64,000 nt of DNA, from positions 96,348,001 to 96,412,000 of the forward strand of contig NC_043002.1 of NCBI RefSeq assembly GCF_006345805.1, in the 5' to 3' direction. This DNA comes from Octopus sinensis (taxonomy: Eukaryota). Positions within the stretch are counted from its first letter, which is position 1, and each line of letters starts with the position of its first letter. The notes under the pieces were generated by a model that was not told the origin of the DNA, did no database searches, and saw nothing but the letters and a program-made list of their open reading frames with translations. Position numbers and translations under genes: made by a program. This document shows, piece by piece, positions 39,750 through 51,700 of this stretch.

Positions 39750-40560
39750 AAGAAAACGTGTGGTAAACTTTTAAGCATAGATACTTTAGAGGCTGAGCTA
39801 TTTATAAAATATATAAGTGAACTTATTTGGTCTAAGGATCTTATTTGCAATGTTGGCTTTTTAATTGTGCTGTTCCTGAAAGTACTTTGGCCTACAAATT
39901 ATAAACAGAGGACTCCAGACTGCAAGTTAAATAAAGAGCTAATTTCTGCTTTATTCTTTGCAAATGCTGATGGCTTGCATCACCTGGAGCTCACAGATGT
40001 GAGAAATAAAACATCTCTGAAAGATATAAATCAACTAACCTCTTATATACACCAGTTCAAAGAACATGTGGTTTAATTCAGGAATCTTTTTTTGCTGGTT
40101 CTTCAAGTACTTAGTGTCTGATGTAAACTTCCAGATAAATATTCTGGAAGTTTTCTACAATAATGTAAAGGCCTTGTTACCTCTTGACAATGGCCCTTCT
40201 AACATTAATGCAAAAACAGAGCTGGCAGAATTAAATATCACTTTTTGCCTCCATGTACATCTTAAGTTATATGGACTTGGGGATAACTGTTGTCTGCAAT
40301 AGACAATAAAAGAATATTTTTTTAAAGAAATAATGACTATGTTGTAGGATGAAACTGATGCAGAAAATACAGAGGTTGGGGGTGGGCAGGACACTTCTGA
40401 ATCTAAGAGCCTACAATATTAAGTTTGCCTTTTTTAACTTTGCAAATGTTTGGAAGGAGTTGAAGAAGACTTTAGCAAATGAGCGTAAAATATTGTTAAA
40501 CAACACTAAACCTAATTATAAAAGCTCAGGCAAATTACTTTCAGCACACCTATGTAAAAG
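39750..40560 (+). mobile_element. Decayed pogo/Tigger-like DDE transposase fragment
   Basis: Frameshifted motifs KELISALFFANADG (cf. KDRLTxLLCANAxG), KALLPLDNGPS (cf. KALLLLDNAPSH) and FLPPCTS. Confidence 0.6.
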
Positions 40561-40696
40561 ATAACAACTAGGAAACAACTGAATGTAAAAATATATTTAT
40601 CATGTTGAGTAAAAAGTAGCATTTTGCGCCATGAAGAAAATGTACCAGATTTTTGCAGTATTTTGAATTTTTTAAAAACATTTTAATATTTTACAA

Positions 40697-41550
40697 GTGG
40701 GGGTACCCAAAAGGAACCAGAACTTTGCAGTATTGTTTTATTCACTTAGTTTTACATGTTTACACTTTTATCACCTTCAAAGTATTCTCCATTTGATCAA
40801 TGCATTGGTCCAAATGTATTTTCCATTGTTCAAAGCAGTGCTGGAACTCTTGTGAAGTGATGTCTTTTAACACCTCCATTGTTTTTTTGTTTTTTTTTCA
40901 CCCCTTCCACATTTGCAAATTCCATAGCACCAGTTTTCGTAACCAGTGATGACCTCTGAAAAAAGGTCCAGATGAACTTCCAACTGTTCTTTCAGTTCAA
41001 AACACGCATTCGGCCTTGACTGCTTTTGATCTTCTGCGAGCAAGTGAGGCACAAATTTTGTTGCAACTCTTTTCATTCGCAATTCCTTTGTCAATTGTTT
41101 GGTGATGGTCCTCCAAGATCAGTTCATGAATTTTTGTGATGTTTTCATTCGTTCGGGAGGTCAGTGGTCGCCCTGAACGAGGTTGGTACTCAAGTGACAA
41201 GTGACCATTCCTAGAGCATGAAACCCACTTGTAAATTTAGGTTTTCCTCATGCCAGTGACCTTGTAAGCTGTTTGAAGCATGACAACTGTTTTGACCACC
41301 ATTTTCTCCAGCAGAAAACAGAATTTCATGGAAGCACACTGTTCCATTGTTTTAGCCATCGCAAAAATTGATGAACAGGGGAGAAGCACCGCAAAACAAA
41401 GATGTACCACGTGGCAGTATGACCACACCGAACAATGCCAGTTAGCAAACTGATGCCTGAGGATTGCATCAAGTGGTTTCTAGTGGCTGAAGCCTGAACT
41501 GCAACAGGCTTGTCCCACAGAGAACGTTTCCAGTTACTCTTTGGTACCCC

Positions 41551-41552
<2 letters not shown>
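40697..41552 (-). mobile_element. Decayed mariner element with degenerate GGGGGTACC TIRs
   Basis: Minus frames EQCASMKFCFLLEK, PRSGRPLTSRTNENITKIHELILEDHHQTI and LRMKRVATKFVPHLL...EVITGYENWCYG. Confidence 0.78.
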
Positions 41553-41614
<62 letters not shown>

Positions 41615-41616
41615 TA

Positions 41617-42015
41617 CTAGCAGTATCGCCCGGCATTGCTCGGGTTTGTAAGGGAAATAACTATATAAGCATTTTTAGAGAGTTATAGCCAAAAAATAGC
41701 AAATAAATGCATTAAAAATGGAAAAAATTATGGTAAATTTTTTTTAAAATCGTTGACTCATCGTAGACATTTTTAGAGAGTTACTTCCCTTATATAATAG
41801 CGAAAAAAATGCATTAAAATGGAAAAAAAAATGATGGTAAATTTTTTTTTGAATCGTAGACTCATCGTAGACACGTGCTAATACCCAGAAGGGCTCAATA
41901 TGAATCACGACTATAAGATACCCGGTTTTGGTTAAACTGCACCGCAAAATGTGGGAGTAGTTAGGAATCTAAATCGTAGGAGACAGTCACACAACTTCAC
42001 TTTTATATATATATA
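41617..42015 (-). mobile_element. Non-autonomous Helitron
   Basis: CTAG end and hairpin at 41617-41645; body matches the 15031 copy; 5' end merges into a TA tract. Confidence 0.72.
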
Positions 42016-43353
42016 AAAATGCAAGATCCAGGAATCAAGGTGTAGGAAGAGAATTAGCTTCAACCAATCCATTGTAAATATAAAAAGCAACTTTCAGGTA
42101 CAATAGGGGTTTACTGACATGGAAGGTTGTGAATTTTTTCATATCAAAGTACAATAAGCTGAAAATATTCTTTTCATATTTCATAGTAGGTGACCGTCTA
42201 ATATAGATATCATAGGCTTCATTGTGAGCAAAATCTCACCACCACCACCACCATCGTTTAACGTCTGTTTTCCATGCTGGCATGGGTTGGACGGTTTGAC
42301 CAGGGAATGGCAAGCCAGGAGGCTACACCAGCCTCCAATCTGATCTGGCAGTTTTTCTACAGCTGGATGCCCTTCCTAATGCCAACCACTCTGAAATTGT
42401 AGTGGGTCACATTGATGTGCCACCGGCACAGAAGCCAGTCAGACGGCACTGGCATTGGTCACGTTTAGATGGTGCTTTTTATGTGCTACTAGCACAGGAG
42501 GCAGGGGGGCTGGCATCGACCATGTTCGGACAGAGCTTTTTAAGTGCCACTTTTTAAGTGCTTTTTAGGTGACACTGGTAATGATCCATGCACGAATGGT
42601 GCTTATTGCGTGCCACCAGCATGGGGGCCAGTCAGGTGACACTGGCATCAGCCACAACTACAATTTCCATTTGATTGTGCTTTGATTTGGTTTGATTTTG
42701 ATTTTTGATTTTACTTAACTCAGCAGTCTCCCCAAGCATGGAATGTCACCTGACAAATCAAGGTACTTTTTAAATGTGCTGGTTATGCGATACTGGTGTA
42801 GGCTATAGCTGTGATCTCACTTTACTTGCTGAGTCTTCTCAATCACAGTATATCTCCAGAGGTCCCGGTCTTTCATCATTGCCTCCGTGAGGCCCACCAT
42901 TTGAAGGTCATGCTTCACCACTGTTAGGGAGTGTCACTTTTTCACACAGCTCTCCCTATCCATATGCAGCACATGACCATATCAGCGCAGTTGTCTCTCT
43001 TGCACACCGCATCTGATTCTTATGTCCAACATTTCTTTCAGGGTGATTACACTCTGTCAAGTGTGCACACTGACATTACACATCCAGCAGATCATACAAG
43101 CTTCATTTCTTTCAAGCCTACACGTCTTCAGCAGTCATGGCCCATGTTTCACTGCTGTGTAGCATGGCATTTCACACACAGGCATTTGTCCTGGGAGGGA
43201 GAGAGGGAAGAGACTGATGGTATGATAGAGGATACCACGAGTGAGGGAGGGGGGTTCCAGTGAGAGAAGAGAGATATCCAGTATTGGTGGTGGTGGGAAT
43301 GGATGGGTGCACCACGAACAAGCAAGGGTTAATTTAGAGAGTTAGTACAAAAA

Positions 43354-43764
43354 AGTGTGGCTGTGTGGTAAGTAGCATGGTTACCAACCACATGGTTCCG
43401 GGTTCAGTCCCACTGCGTGGCACCTTGGGCAAGTATCTTCTACTATAGCCTCGGGCCGACCAAAGCCTTGTGAGTGGATTTGGTAGACGGAAACTGAAAG
43501 AAACCCGTCGTATATATGTATATATATATATATGTGTGTGTGTATGTGTTTGAGTGTCTGTGTTTGTCCCCCTAGCATTGCTGATACTGGTGTGTTTATG
43601 TCCCCCGTCGCTTAGTGGTTCGGCAAAAGAGATCGATAGAATAAGTACTGGGCTTACAAAGAATAAGTCCCGGGGTCGAGTTGCACGACTAAAGGCGGTG
43701 CTCCAGCATGGCCACAGTCAAATGACTGAAACAAGTAAAAGAGTAAATGAGAGAGTAAAGAGTA
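43354..43764 (+). mobile_element. SINE family A
   Basis: Full-length family match. Confidence 0.82.
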
Positions 43765-43876
43765 ACTTGAGAACACAGGAGGGGAGAAGAGATTTCATTT
43801 AGAAAATTAGATGAAGAATTAAGGTGAAATGAAGGTCGAGAGAGAGAGATCAGGAAGTTATATATTGAAGGGTCAA

Positions 43877-44106
43877 GAAGTAGTAAATGTCCAAGCGAGG
43901 TGTATACTGCAGGCTACTCTTCAGGCAGAAGATATCTTGATTAATTGAAATGTTGCATTCTTGCAAGGAGGTAAATATTGACATTTGGAAAGTTCCAGGC
44001 ATCAACATGTACATCCTTGCAACAATGTAACATTTCGTCTAATCAAGATATCTTCAGCCTGAAGAGTAGCCTGCAGTATACACCTTGCTTGGACAATGAC
44101 CACTTC
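43877..44106. repeat. 97-bp inverted repeat with 36-bp spacer
   Basis: 43877-43973 aligns without gaps to the reverse complement of 44010-44106, with about a dozen mismatches. Confidence 0.85.
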
Positions 44107-44416
44107 TGAGGTTCTGCTTGCTATGAAACATATGTAGCTTGGCTCTTATCTACTCCATTCTGTTTTATATATATATATGTGTGTGTGTATATATATATAT
44201 ATATGTGTGTGTGTATATATATGTGTGTGTGTGTATATTATATGTCTGTGTGTGTGTGTATATATTATATGTCTGTGTGTGGTGTATATATTATATGTCT
44301 GTGTGCGTGTATATATATATGTGTGTGTGTGTATATATATATATATGTGTGTATATATATATATATGTATATATATATGTATATGTGTGTGCGTATATAT
44401 ATATATATTATATATG

Positions 44417-44452
<36 letters not shown>

Positions 44453-44518
44453 GTATATATATATATATATATGATCGGCTTAAGCGAAGCAGGGTCGTTG
44501 TTTATTTATAGTATATTC

Positions 44519-44565
44519 AGGCCTGCTGATGATTACGTAAGTATGAAATCATGTGATACAGGTCT
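44519..44565 (+). ncRNA. Type I hammerhead ribozyme motif, copy 1 of tandem duplication
   Basis: Stem I AGGCCUG/CAGGUCU; CUGAUGA; stem II U-[UAC GUAA GUA]-U, with a U.U mismatch at the normally paired closing position; GAAA; near-palindromic stem III AUCA-UG-UGAU; AUA cleavage triplet ending at 44558. Confidence 0.62.
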
Positions 44566-45036
44566 ATATATTTTTAAATGTCTTTCTTTGAAAAATTGCA
44601 TTCGGTGGGATTAGTAATATTTTTGGTAGAAATGACTGATTGTCCCTCTTAGCGTATGGCGTGTATGTAGAATGCCTCCTGGCATGTATGTATAATGCCC
44701 TCTATATATAATTAATATGTTCAATAAGAAATAATTATTTTCGAAATTTTTTCTCTTATGAGGTTTTTACGCTATCTACCTGACAATTCTTGTTAAGTTT
44801 TCCTTATTAAGTAGTTGTCCTTAATTGCTATATATATATATGTATATATATGTATGTATATATATATGTATAATATAATTCGAGACAAAACCACTATTTT
44901 GCAAATCAAACAAGGATTTATTCCCTAATATTTATTATTATTATTTATATTATATGTATATATATATATATGTATTATATATATATATATGATCGGCTTA
45001 AGCGAAGCAGGGTCGTTGTTTATTTATAGTATATTC

Positions 45037-45084
45037 AGGCCTGCTGATGATTACGTAAGTATGAAATCACTGTGATACAGGTCT
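45037..45084 (+). ncRNA. Type I hammerhead ribozyme motif, copy 2 of tandem duplication
   Basis: Same as copy 1 but stem III AUCAC-U-GUGAU; predicted cleavage after 45077. Confidence 0.62.
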
Positions 45085-45479
45085 ATATATTTTTAAATGT
45101 CTTTCTTTGAAAAATTGCATTCGGTGGGATTAGTAATATTTTTGGTAGAATGACTGATTGTCCCTCTTAGCGTATGGCGTGTATGTAGAATGCCTCCTGG
45201 CATGTATGTATAATGCCCTCTATATATAAATTAATATGTTCAATAAGAAATAATTATTTTCGAAATTTTTTTCTCTTATGAGGTTTTTACGCTATCTACC
45301 TGACAATTTCTTGTTAAGTTTTCCTTATTAAGTAGTTGTCCTTAATTGCTATATATATATATGTATATATATGTATGTATATATATATGTATAATATTAA
45401 TTCGAGACAAAACCACTATTTTGCAAATCAAACAAGGATTTATTCCCTAATATTTATTATTATTATTTATATATATATG

Positions 45480-45511
<32 letters not shown>

Positions 45512-45619
45512 TGTATATATATGTATATGTATGTATATATGTATATGTATGTATATGTATATATATATATATATATAAATAATTGTGTCTCAATTATTAA
45601 TAATTGTGTATTGAAGAAT

Positions 45620-45710
45620 CCTATGCTGATGAGGAAAATAGTCAGGTATGGTATAATTATTTATTATTTGTGCTCTATTCTGACTTAATTCCGAAACGCG
45701 CGTCCGTAGG
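45620..45710 (+). ncRNA. Minimal type I hammerhead ribozyme, core intact
   Basis: Stem I CCUAUG(45620-25)/CGUAGG(45705-10); core CUGAUGA(45626-32); stem II GGAA/UUCC extended by AGUCAG/CUGACU; GAAA(45693-96); palindromic CGCGCG; GUC cleavage triplet ending at 45704. Confidence 0.8.
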
Positions 45711-46544
45711 CAACTTATTATAGAATGAGTTTCATCTTTTTTTCCCTTCTACCTGCGTGGTTTGCTTTTGAGTGCTTCGGTTTCTCTGGGATCTCCCTTT
45801 AAAGTAGAAAGAATAGCCAAGAATTTGACTGCTATTTCTAAACTTCAGTATGTGGTGACGCAAATCATTTGCTGAACCCTAATTATTTAGTATTACTTAA
45901 CTTATCATGAATTGGTCCTTTACATGCTGAATTCTACTTGGTGAAATTAATGATTACTTCGAAATAAATTAATTTCAGCCTTTTGTTATTACTGATAATG
46001 GTATTTCCTCCCAGAAAAAAACTATAGTATCTTACTTTGACAACACGCTGTATATATACATATATATATACATATTTATATACATATATACATATTTATA
46101 TACATATATACATACATATATATATATACATACATATATATATATACATATATATATATACATACATATATATATATACTCATATGTATTCGTAAGGCTT
46201 TACTTCCACACACGCCAGCCTAATCCAATTCATCCTTAGTCGAAAGACACCTGTTGCTAATATCCTGTTATTTGCATTTGTGTACCATTTCTCTGTTTTT
46301 TTTCCCGTCCTTGTTTTCGTATACATTCGCTGCTTTCTTCCAAGGAATCTAGTACTCTTAGTTTAGTTTTTCTTTGGGGCTGGCCAGATTGGAGTAATCT
46401 TGAGTATAACCAACCAAAATTGCAAAGATAATCTGGAACTCGACTAAGGAAAGAAAACTTCGAATAACCCATCCATGTATTTTCTTGTCCCTTTTTGTAT
46501 CATCTGTCTGGATGTTTTGTTGTCCCCTTTTTTGTATTCCTTTA

Positions 46545-46891
46545 TATATATATATATATATACACATATATTTACACACATGTATATATACACATACAAA
46601 TACACACACATATATATATATATACACACATATATATATATATATATACGAACACATATATACATATATACACACACACACACACATATATACATCTATA
46701 TATATATATATTTACATATATATATACATACATATATATATACACATGTATATAAGTATACATATATATACACATATACATACATATACACATATACATA
46801 CATATATACATACATATATATATACACACACATATACATACATATATATATATATACACATATACATACATATATATATACACACATATAC

Positions 46892-46926
<35 letters not shown>

Positions 46927-47105
46927 TACATATATATATATATACACACATATACATACATATATATATATATACACACATATACATACATATATATATA
47001 TACATGTATATAAGTATACATATATATATATATACACATATATATAAATATGCATATATCTATATGTATATACACATACATATGTACATACACACACACA
47101 CATAT
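46545..47105. repeat. Long compound (TA)/(CA)/(TACA) microsatellite
   Basis: Read directly; source of the Y/I/H/T and V/C/M/Y low-complexity ORFs. Confidence 0.9.
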
Positions 47106-47477
47106 ACATATTTGTTGTCTTCACATGTGTGTAAGCCTTGCTGATGGTGACATTTGCTTGAAATTCACTACAAAAGCGTGTGCAGGCTTCTTTACCTGTC
47201 ATGACACGTTTCATAATCTTTGTAAACAAAAGGCTCATTGAGAAGTTAATCGTTTCCAGTTCTCCACATCAACATGTCAGGGCTGTGTATTGTTTGATAG
47301 ACTTGGAGAATATGACTTCACTTGGAAACAGGTGGAAGCTGGTATCAGGAAAGACATCCAGCTGTAGAAAGCTTTGCCTGAACATACTCCTGTCTGACCC
47401 ATGCAAACTTGGAAAAGGGGACATTAAAATCACACACACACACACATGTATTCAAATTTATAAGCAGGACTTAAGCA

Positions 47478-47842
47478 CCATCCGAACGTGGCCGATGCCA
47501 GCGCCGCCCCGACTGGCTTCTGTGCCGGTGGCACATAAAATGCACCATCCGAACGTGGCTGTTGCCAGCGCCGCCTTGGCTGACTTCCATGCCGGTGGCA
47601 CATTAAAAGCTCCAACCGATCGTGGCCGATGCTGGACCCCCCTGGCACCTGTGCAGGTGGCATGTAAAAAGCACCCACTACACTCGCGGAGTGGTTGGCG
47701 TTAGGAAGGGCATCCAGCTGTAGAAACTCTGCCAGATCAGACTGGAGCCTGGTGCAGCCCCCGGCTCCCCAGACCCCAGTCGAACCATCCAACCCGTGCT
47801 AGCGCGGAAAACGGACGTTAAACGATGATGATGATGATGATG
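47478..47842 (+). mobile_element. SINE family B (GTGCC-GGT-GGCAC repeats, GTTAGGAAGGGCATCCAGC core, (GAT)n tail)
   Basis: Matches the copies at 6465, 42240, 55423 and 58096 in the opposite orientation. Confidence 0.8.
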
Positions 47843-48328
47843 ACTACAAAGCCCAGTAAGAACGAATGGAAGCTTCAATTTCAAATGAATACATACACAT
47901 ACTTTCCCATGTGTGTATACAAATACACATACATACAAATCTTTTACATGTATTCTCTTACCAGTGAATCGATCAATATTTTTATCTATTTCACTATTTT
48001 GCATTTACATGAAATGTTGCTTTATTCTTTCAAATAGATTCCTCTTTATACCCAAACATTAAAAAAATATATTAAATTATCTTTATTGTTATTTTTCAAA
48101 ATACTAATTTACATTTGTTTCCTAAGCTTGCATAGGTGACGTGATTTCATTGTATTGCAACTGTAAGACAGAAAAAAGGGACTTTTGGTTTGTTTGGTCA
48201 GGTAAGTTTGAACAGGCAGTGGTTAAGTCCCTTGCTTAGAGACAATACAATAACAATCATAAGATTGGAACCTTTGATAAAGTTGTTAGTAGTCCAGCAC
48301 CTTAACCTCACACTCATTTTGTCTTCAT

Positions 48329-48560
48329 ATCTGTTTCTTTATTGCCCACAAGGGGCTAAACACAGAGGGGACAAACAAGGACAGACAAACGGACTAAGTC
48401 GATTACATCGACCCCAGTGCGTAACTGGTACTTAATTTATCGACCCCGAAAGGATGAAAGGCAAAGTCAACCTCGGTGGAATTTGAACTCAGAACGCAAC
48501 GACAGACGCAATACCGCTAAGCATTTCGCCCGGTGTGCTAACGTTTCTGCCAGCTCGCCG
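48329..48560 (-). mobile_element. SINE family C
   Basis: Matches the 29636 and 58937 copies; gtcttcata flanks both ends. Confidence 0.8.
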
Positions 48561-48700
48561 TCTTCATACCAGTGCGCCACTCAAAGAACTAAACGTTTTT
48601 CTCTGAAATACTCACCATTAAAATGTACAAGTGCAATATCAAATGCCCATTTTTTACTCCCATCATTTAAATTGAAATCTTTGGTTAAATTGTTTCTTAT

Positions 48701-48706
48701 TTTATT
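48701..48706 (-). terminator. Candidate polyadenylation signal (AATAAA) of the ACADS-like gene
   Basis: tttatt on + strand, about 60 nt downstream of the stop codon at 48769. Confidence 0.4.
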
Positions 48707-48768
48707 GAAAAAAATATTAATGTTACCACAAATCATTAGTTTATTAGTTGTTGTTCTGCAGTAAAGAT

Positions 48769-51700
48769 TCAAAGATTCATCTGCTGATATTCTTTGATTA
48801 GGCTTCCTGCAATAACAAGACGTTGAATTTCACTTGTTCCTTCATAGATTTCAGTAATTCTTGCATCTCTATAATGGCGCTCTGCAGGCATATCAGAAAC
48901 ATATCCCATTCCTCCAAGAACTTGGATTGCCTGCAACAAACAACAAAAGATATATATAGATACACACACACACACATATATATATTATAGTATACAGTTT
49001 CATGAAGTACTTCATCTGGTGAGAGATAAATGTTATTAATGAACATGATATATTTTTATGAACTACTAAGAGTTTCATGCAATGAAAATGACACAGGCAG
49101 CATTTTATAACACATCTGGTACCTTCATGCAATCATGTATATGCTATGTGAATGTAGCCTGAAGATTGCATGAAAGCACCAGATGCTGCCTGTGTTGTTT
49201 AAATTACATGAAACTATTAATAGCTCATAAAATATATACTGTGTTCATTAAATTATGTATGTATGTGTGTGTGTGTGTTTGAGGTAAAGAAAAAGAACTG
49301 TAGGCGTGACGTAAATTGAAACAGATTCTGTCATTGTTCTATTTATGGTTTTCCAGAAGCCAGGGGATTCAACACTAGTGACCTCCCTTGACGAACGTTC
49401 TAGAATGTTCCAAGAATAGCGGATTTATGTCTCTTTTAGTAATGCCACTATAGTATGGAAAGTTCTAGAAGTTTTTGTCTGCTAGGGGAAGCCAGCAGCC
49501 TTTCAGCCTATATATGGAACACAGAGATTCATCTTTTCTCATTTTGCTATGCCGAATACGACCTGTTCACATCCTTGTTATGGAGAGCAACTATACTTGT
49601 CTACATGTGGGCTAAGCTAAGGAGATGGCCTTTAGTACTGACCGTGTGCCTCAAGCCCTTTATATTACAACATATGTATGGATTTCTCTTGCACCACTAA
49701 TGAACCATTTGTGGTATGAATTTCCTTCGTACACTTTCCATTGCATTTCTTTCACACAGAATGCGACTAGGCAAAATACTGTATGTAACTTTTCATATTT
49801 CTGCGCAACTTCACTCAAAGCATATTCTTGGTGAACTCATATCTGTTCTTATCTATAAATAAATTATTTGTGAAGTTTAAGAATGACTCTTTCATTATTC
49901 CTAACCTTGCATCTGCATTAACATTTGCTACAGAAAAAAACTACTACTAGAGTGATGACCACACAACACTAACATGGTGAAAGCGACTTAGAACGTGCAT
50001 TCCTTCTTGCTTAACAACTTCTTATGTTGACTCTGCACATTTTTCTTCATGAAGCATTCTTACCGAAATTTTTGGAGTCTGGAGAACTCACTGCACGGTC
50101 TGTGACTCTGTATTAATTACCATGTGCAATTTTCCATCTCTTCCTGCTGGTATGGATGCCATATGTCCTAATGTTTTTGGTTCACTAGTTCAAGTCATTT
50201 GAAATCCTCCTCAGGAGAGATCACACATATTTTTTCATACTCAGATACAACTTTGCGCTCCTTTTTATCTTTACCTTTGTCTCACGTTCTTGCTGGAAGA
50301 CGCTATCCTAGTTACTTGCTACTGCTTGGGAAACTTTCTTTCCTGTCACATTTTCTGGATTGGTTTTGATTGGCCTGTGTTCCTCCTGCATATGGGTTCC
50401 ATATATTTTTCCATTGGAAGATGAGTCACACAGCACTACCCCACTATCATGGCAATGCCCGCATGTGGTTCGCTCAACTTGAGTCTTATTTCATGGCGAA
50501 CATCATTCAATCAGCCCAGCTTCACATTGTACTTAGTGACATTCCTTCTGTACTCTCACTCACTATAAAAGATCTCACCACAGACACTCCACCTGATACC
50601 TCCTACATTTCCATAAAGGTGGAATTTCTTCATTGAAATTCTAAGCCCTCCAAAAGCCATTTCCATACTCTCCTGGAAGACAAACATCTTGGGGACAGGT
50701 CCCCAACAGAATTTGTATGCTGTATCCATGAGTTGGCTAATGGTTACACGGAGGAAAGCTCCCTTGTAAAACATTTATTCTTCTCTAGCCTACCGTCCAA
50801 TGTGCAATCAATTCTAGTCCTGATAGTGGAAAGCAGCACCATGAACCAAATAGCTATGTCGGCAAACAAGATACTGGAATTCTCTAGAGGCTCTTCCACA
50901 GCTGACAGGGTACTAGCCATTGCTTCTTCTTCAGCTGCCCAGGACTCTTCTACTGCCAAGTCTTCAGGTCATACAGCAACCCCCAAGGTCATTAAGGGTT
51001 TGAGACCAACCAAGTTTCAAGCATGGGTAACATTCGTTCCTCTTCCAGACTACATTCTAGGAATTGTTCTTCTTACAGTCATACAATCTCTCCAAACACC
51101 TCACACTGTTGGTATCATCAATGTTTCAAAGACCAGGCCAGACGATGCACACAGTCATGTTCCTACTCCCCACAGGAAAACAAACACAGGAGACCCTAAG
51201 CACATCAGAGGTCCCCATGGTCAGTTCTACTCCATATCGTGTATTCTTTGTAAGAGACATCATCTCCTCTAAGTCTATTATGGTTGATACTGGAGCCAGC
51301 ATGAGCATTTGGCCCTTATGCTTTACTTCGACCAAGCTTGATCTTTCCAGTATATCCTTGTGTACTATCAACCATTCTGCCATCCGGATCTTCAGAGAGA
51401 TATCTTTATCTTTGGATTTATCTCTATGCAGAGACTTTAAATGGATTTTCATCATCGCTGCTCTGCCTTATCCAATATTGGGGGGTGATTTTTTACATTT
51501 CCTACTCACTATTGGTAGATGTGAGATGGCAACAGCTTCTTGACAGTACCACTCCTCTGTCAACACTTGCAAAGGATACTTCTGTTGCTAATACAGTACT
51601 ATATTCAAGAGATGAGGAATTATGTACATATTTACATTTGATGGATATTTGTCCTCATTTTGTTTGTTGTTAACACAACATTTTGGCTGATATACCCTCC

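Larger units (their letters stand above)
44473..45470 (+). repeat. Head-to-tail direct duplication, unit ~518 bp, each unit carrying one hammerhead motif
   Basis: gatcggcttaagcgaagcagg starts at 44473 and 44991. The units are nearly identical apart from single-base indels and TA-tract lengths. Confidence 0.9.

Noticed and set aside
47128-47190. aagccttgCTGATGG...GAAA...gcaggctt, hammerhead-like
   Set aside because: The core lacks the final conserved A and stems II and III do not form convincingly.
44139-47238. Many 80-220 aa ORFs of Y/I/C/V/H/T
   Set aside because: Dinucleotide and tetranucleotide microsatellite translations.
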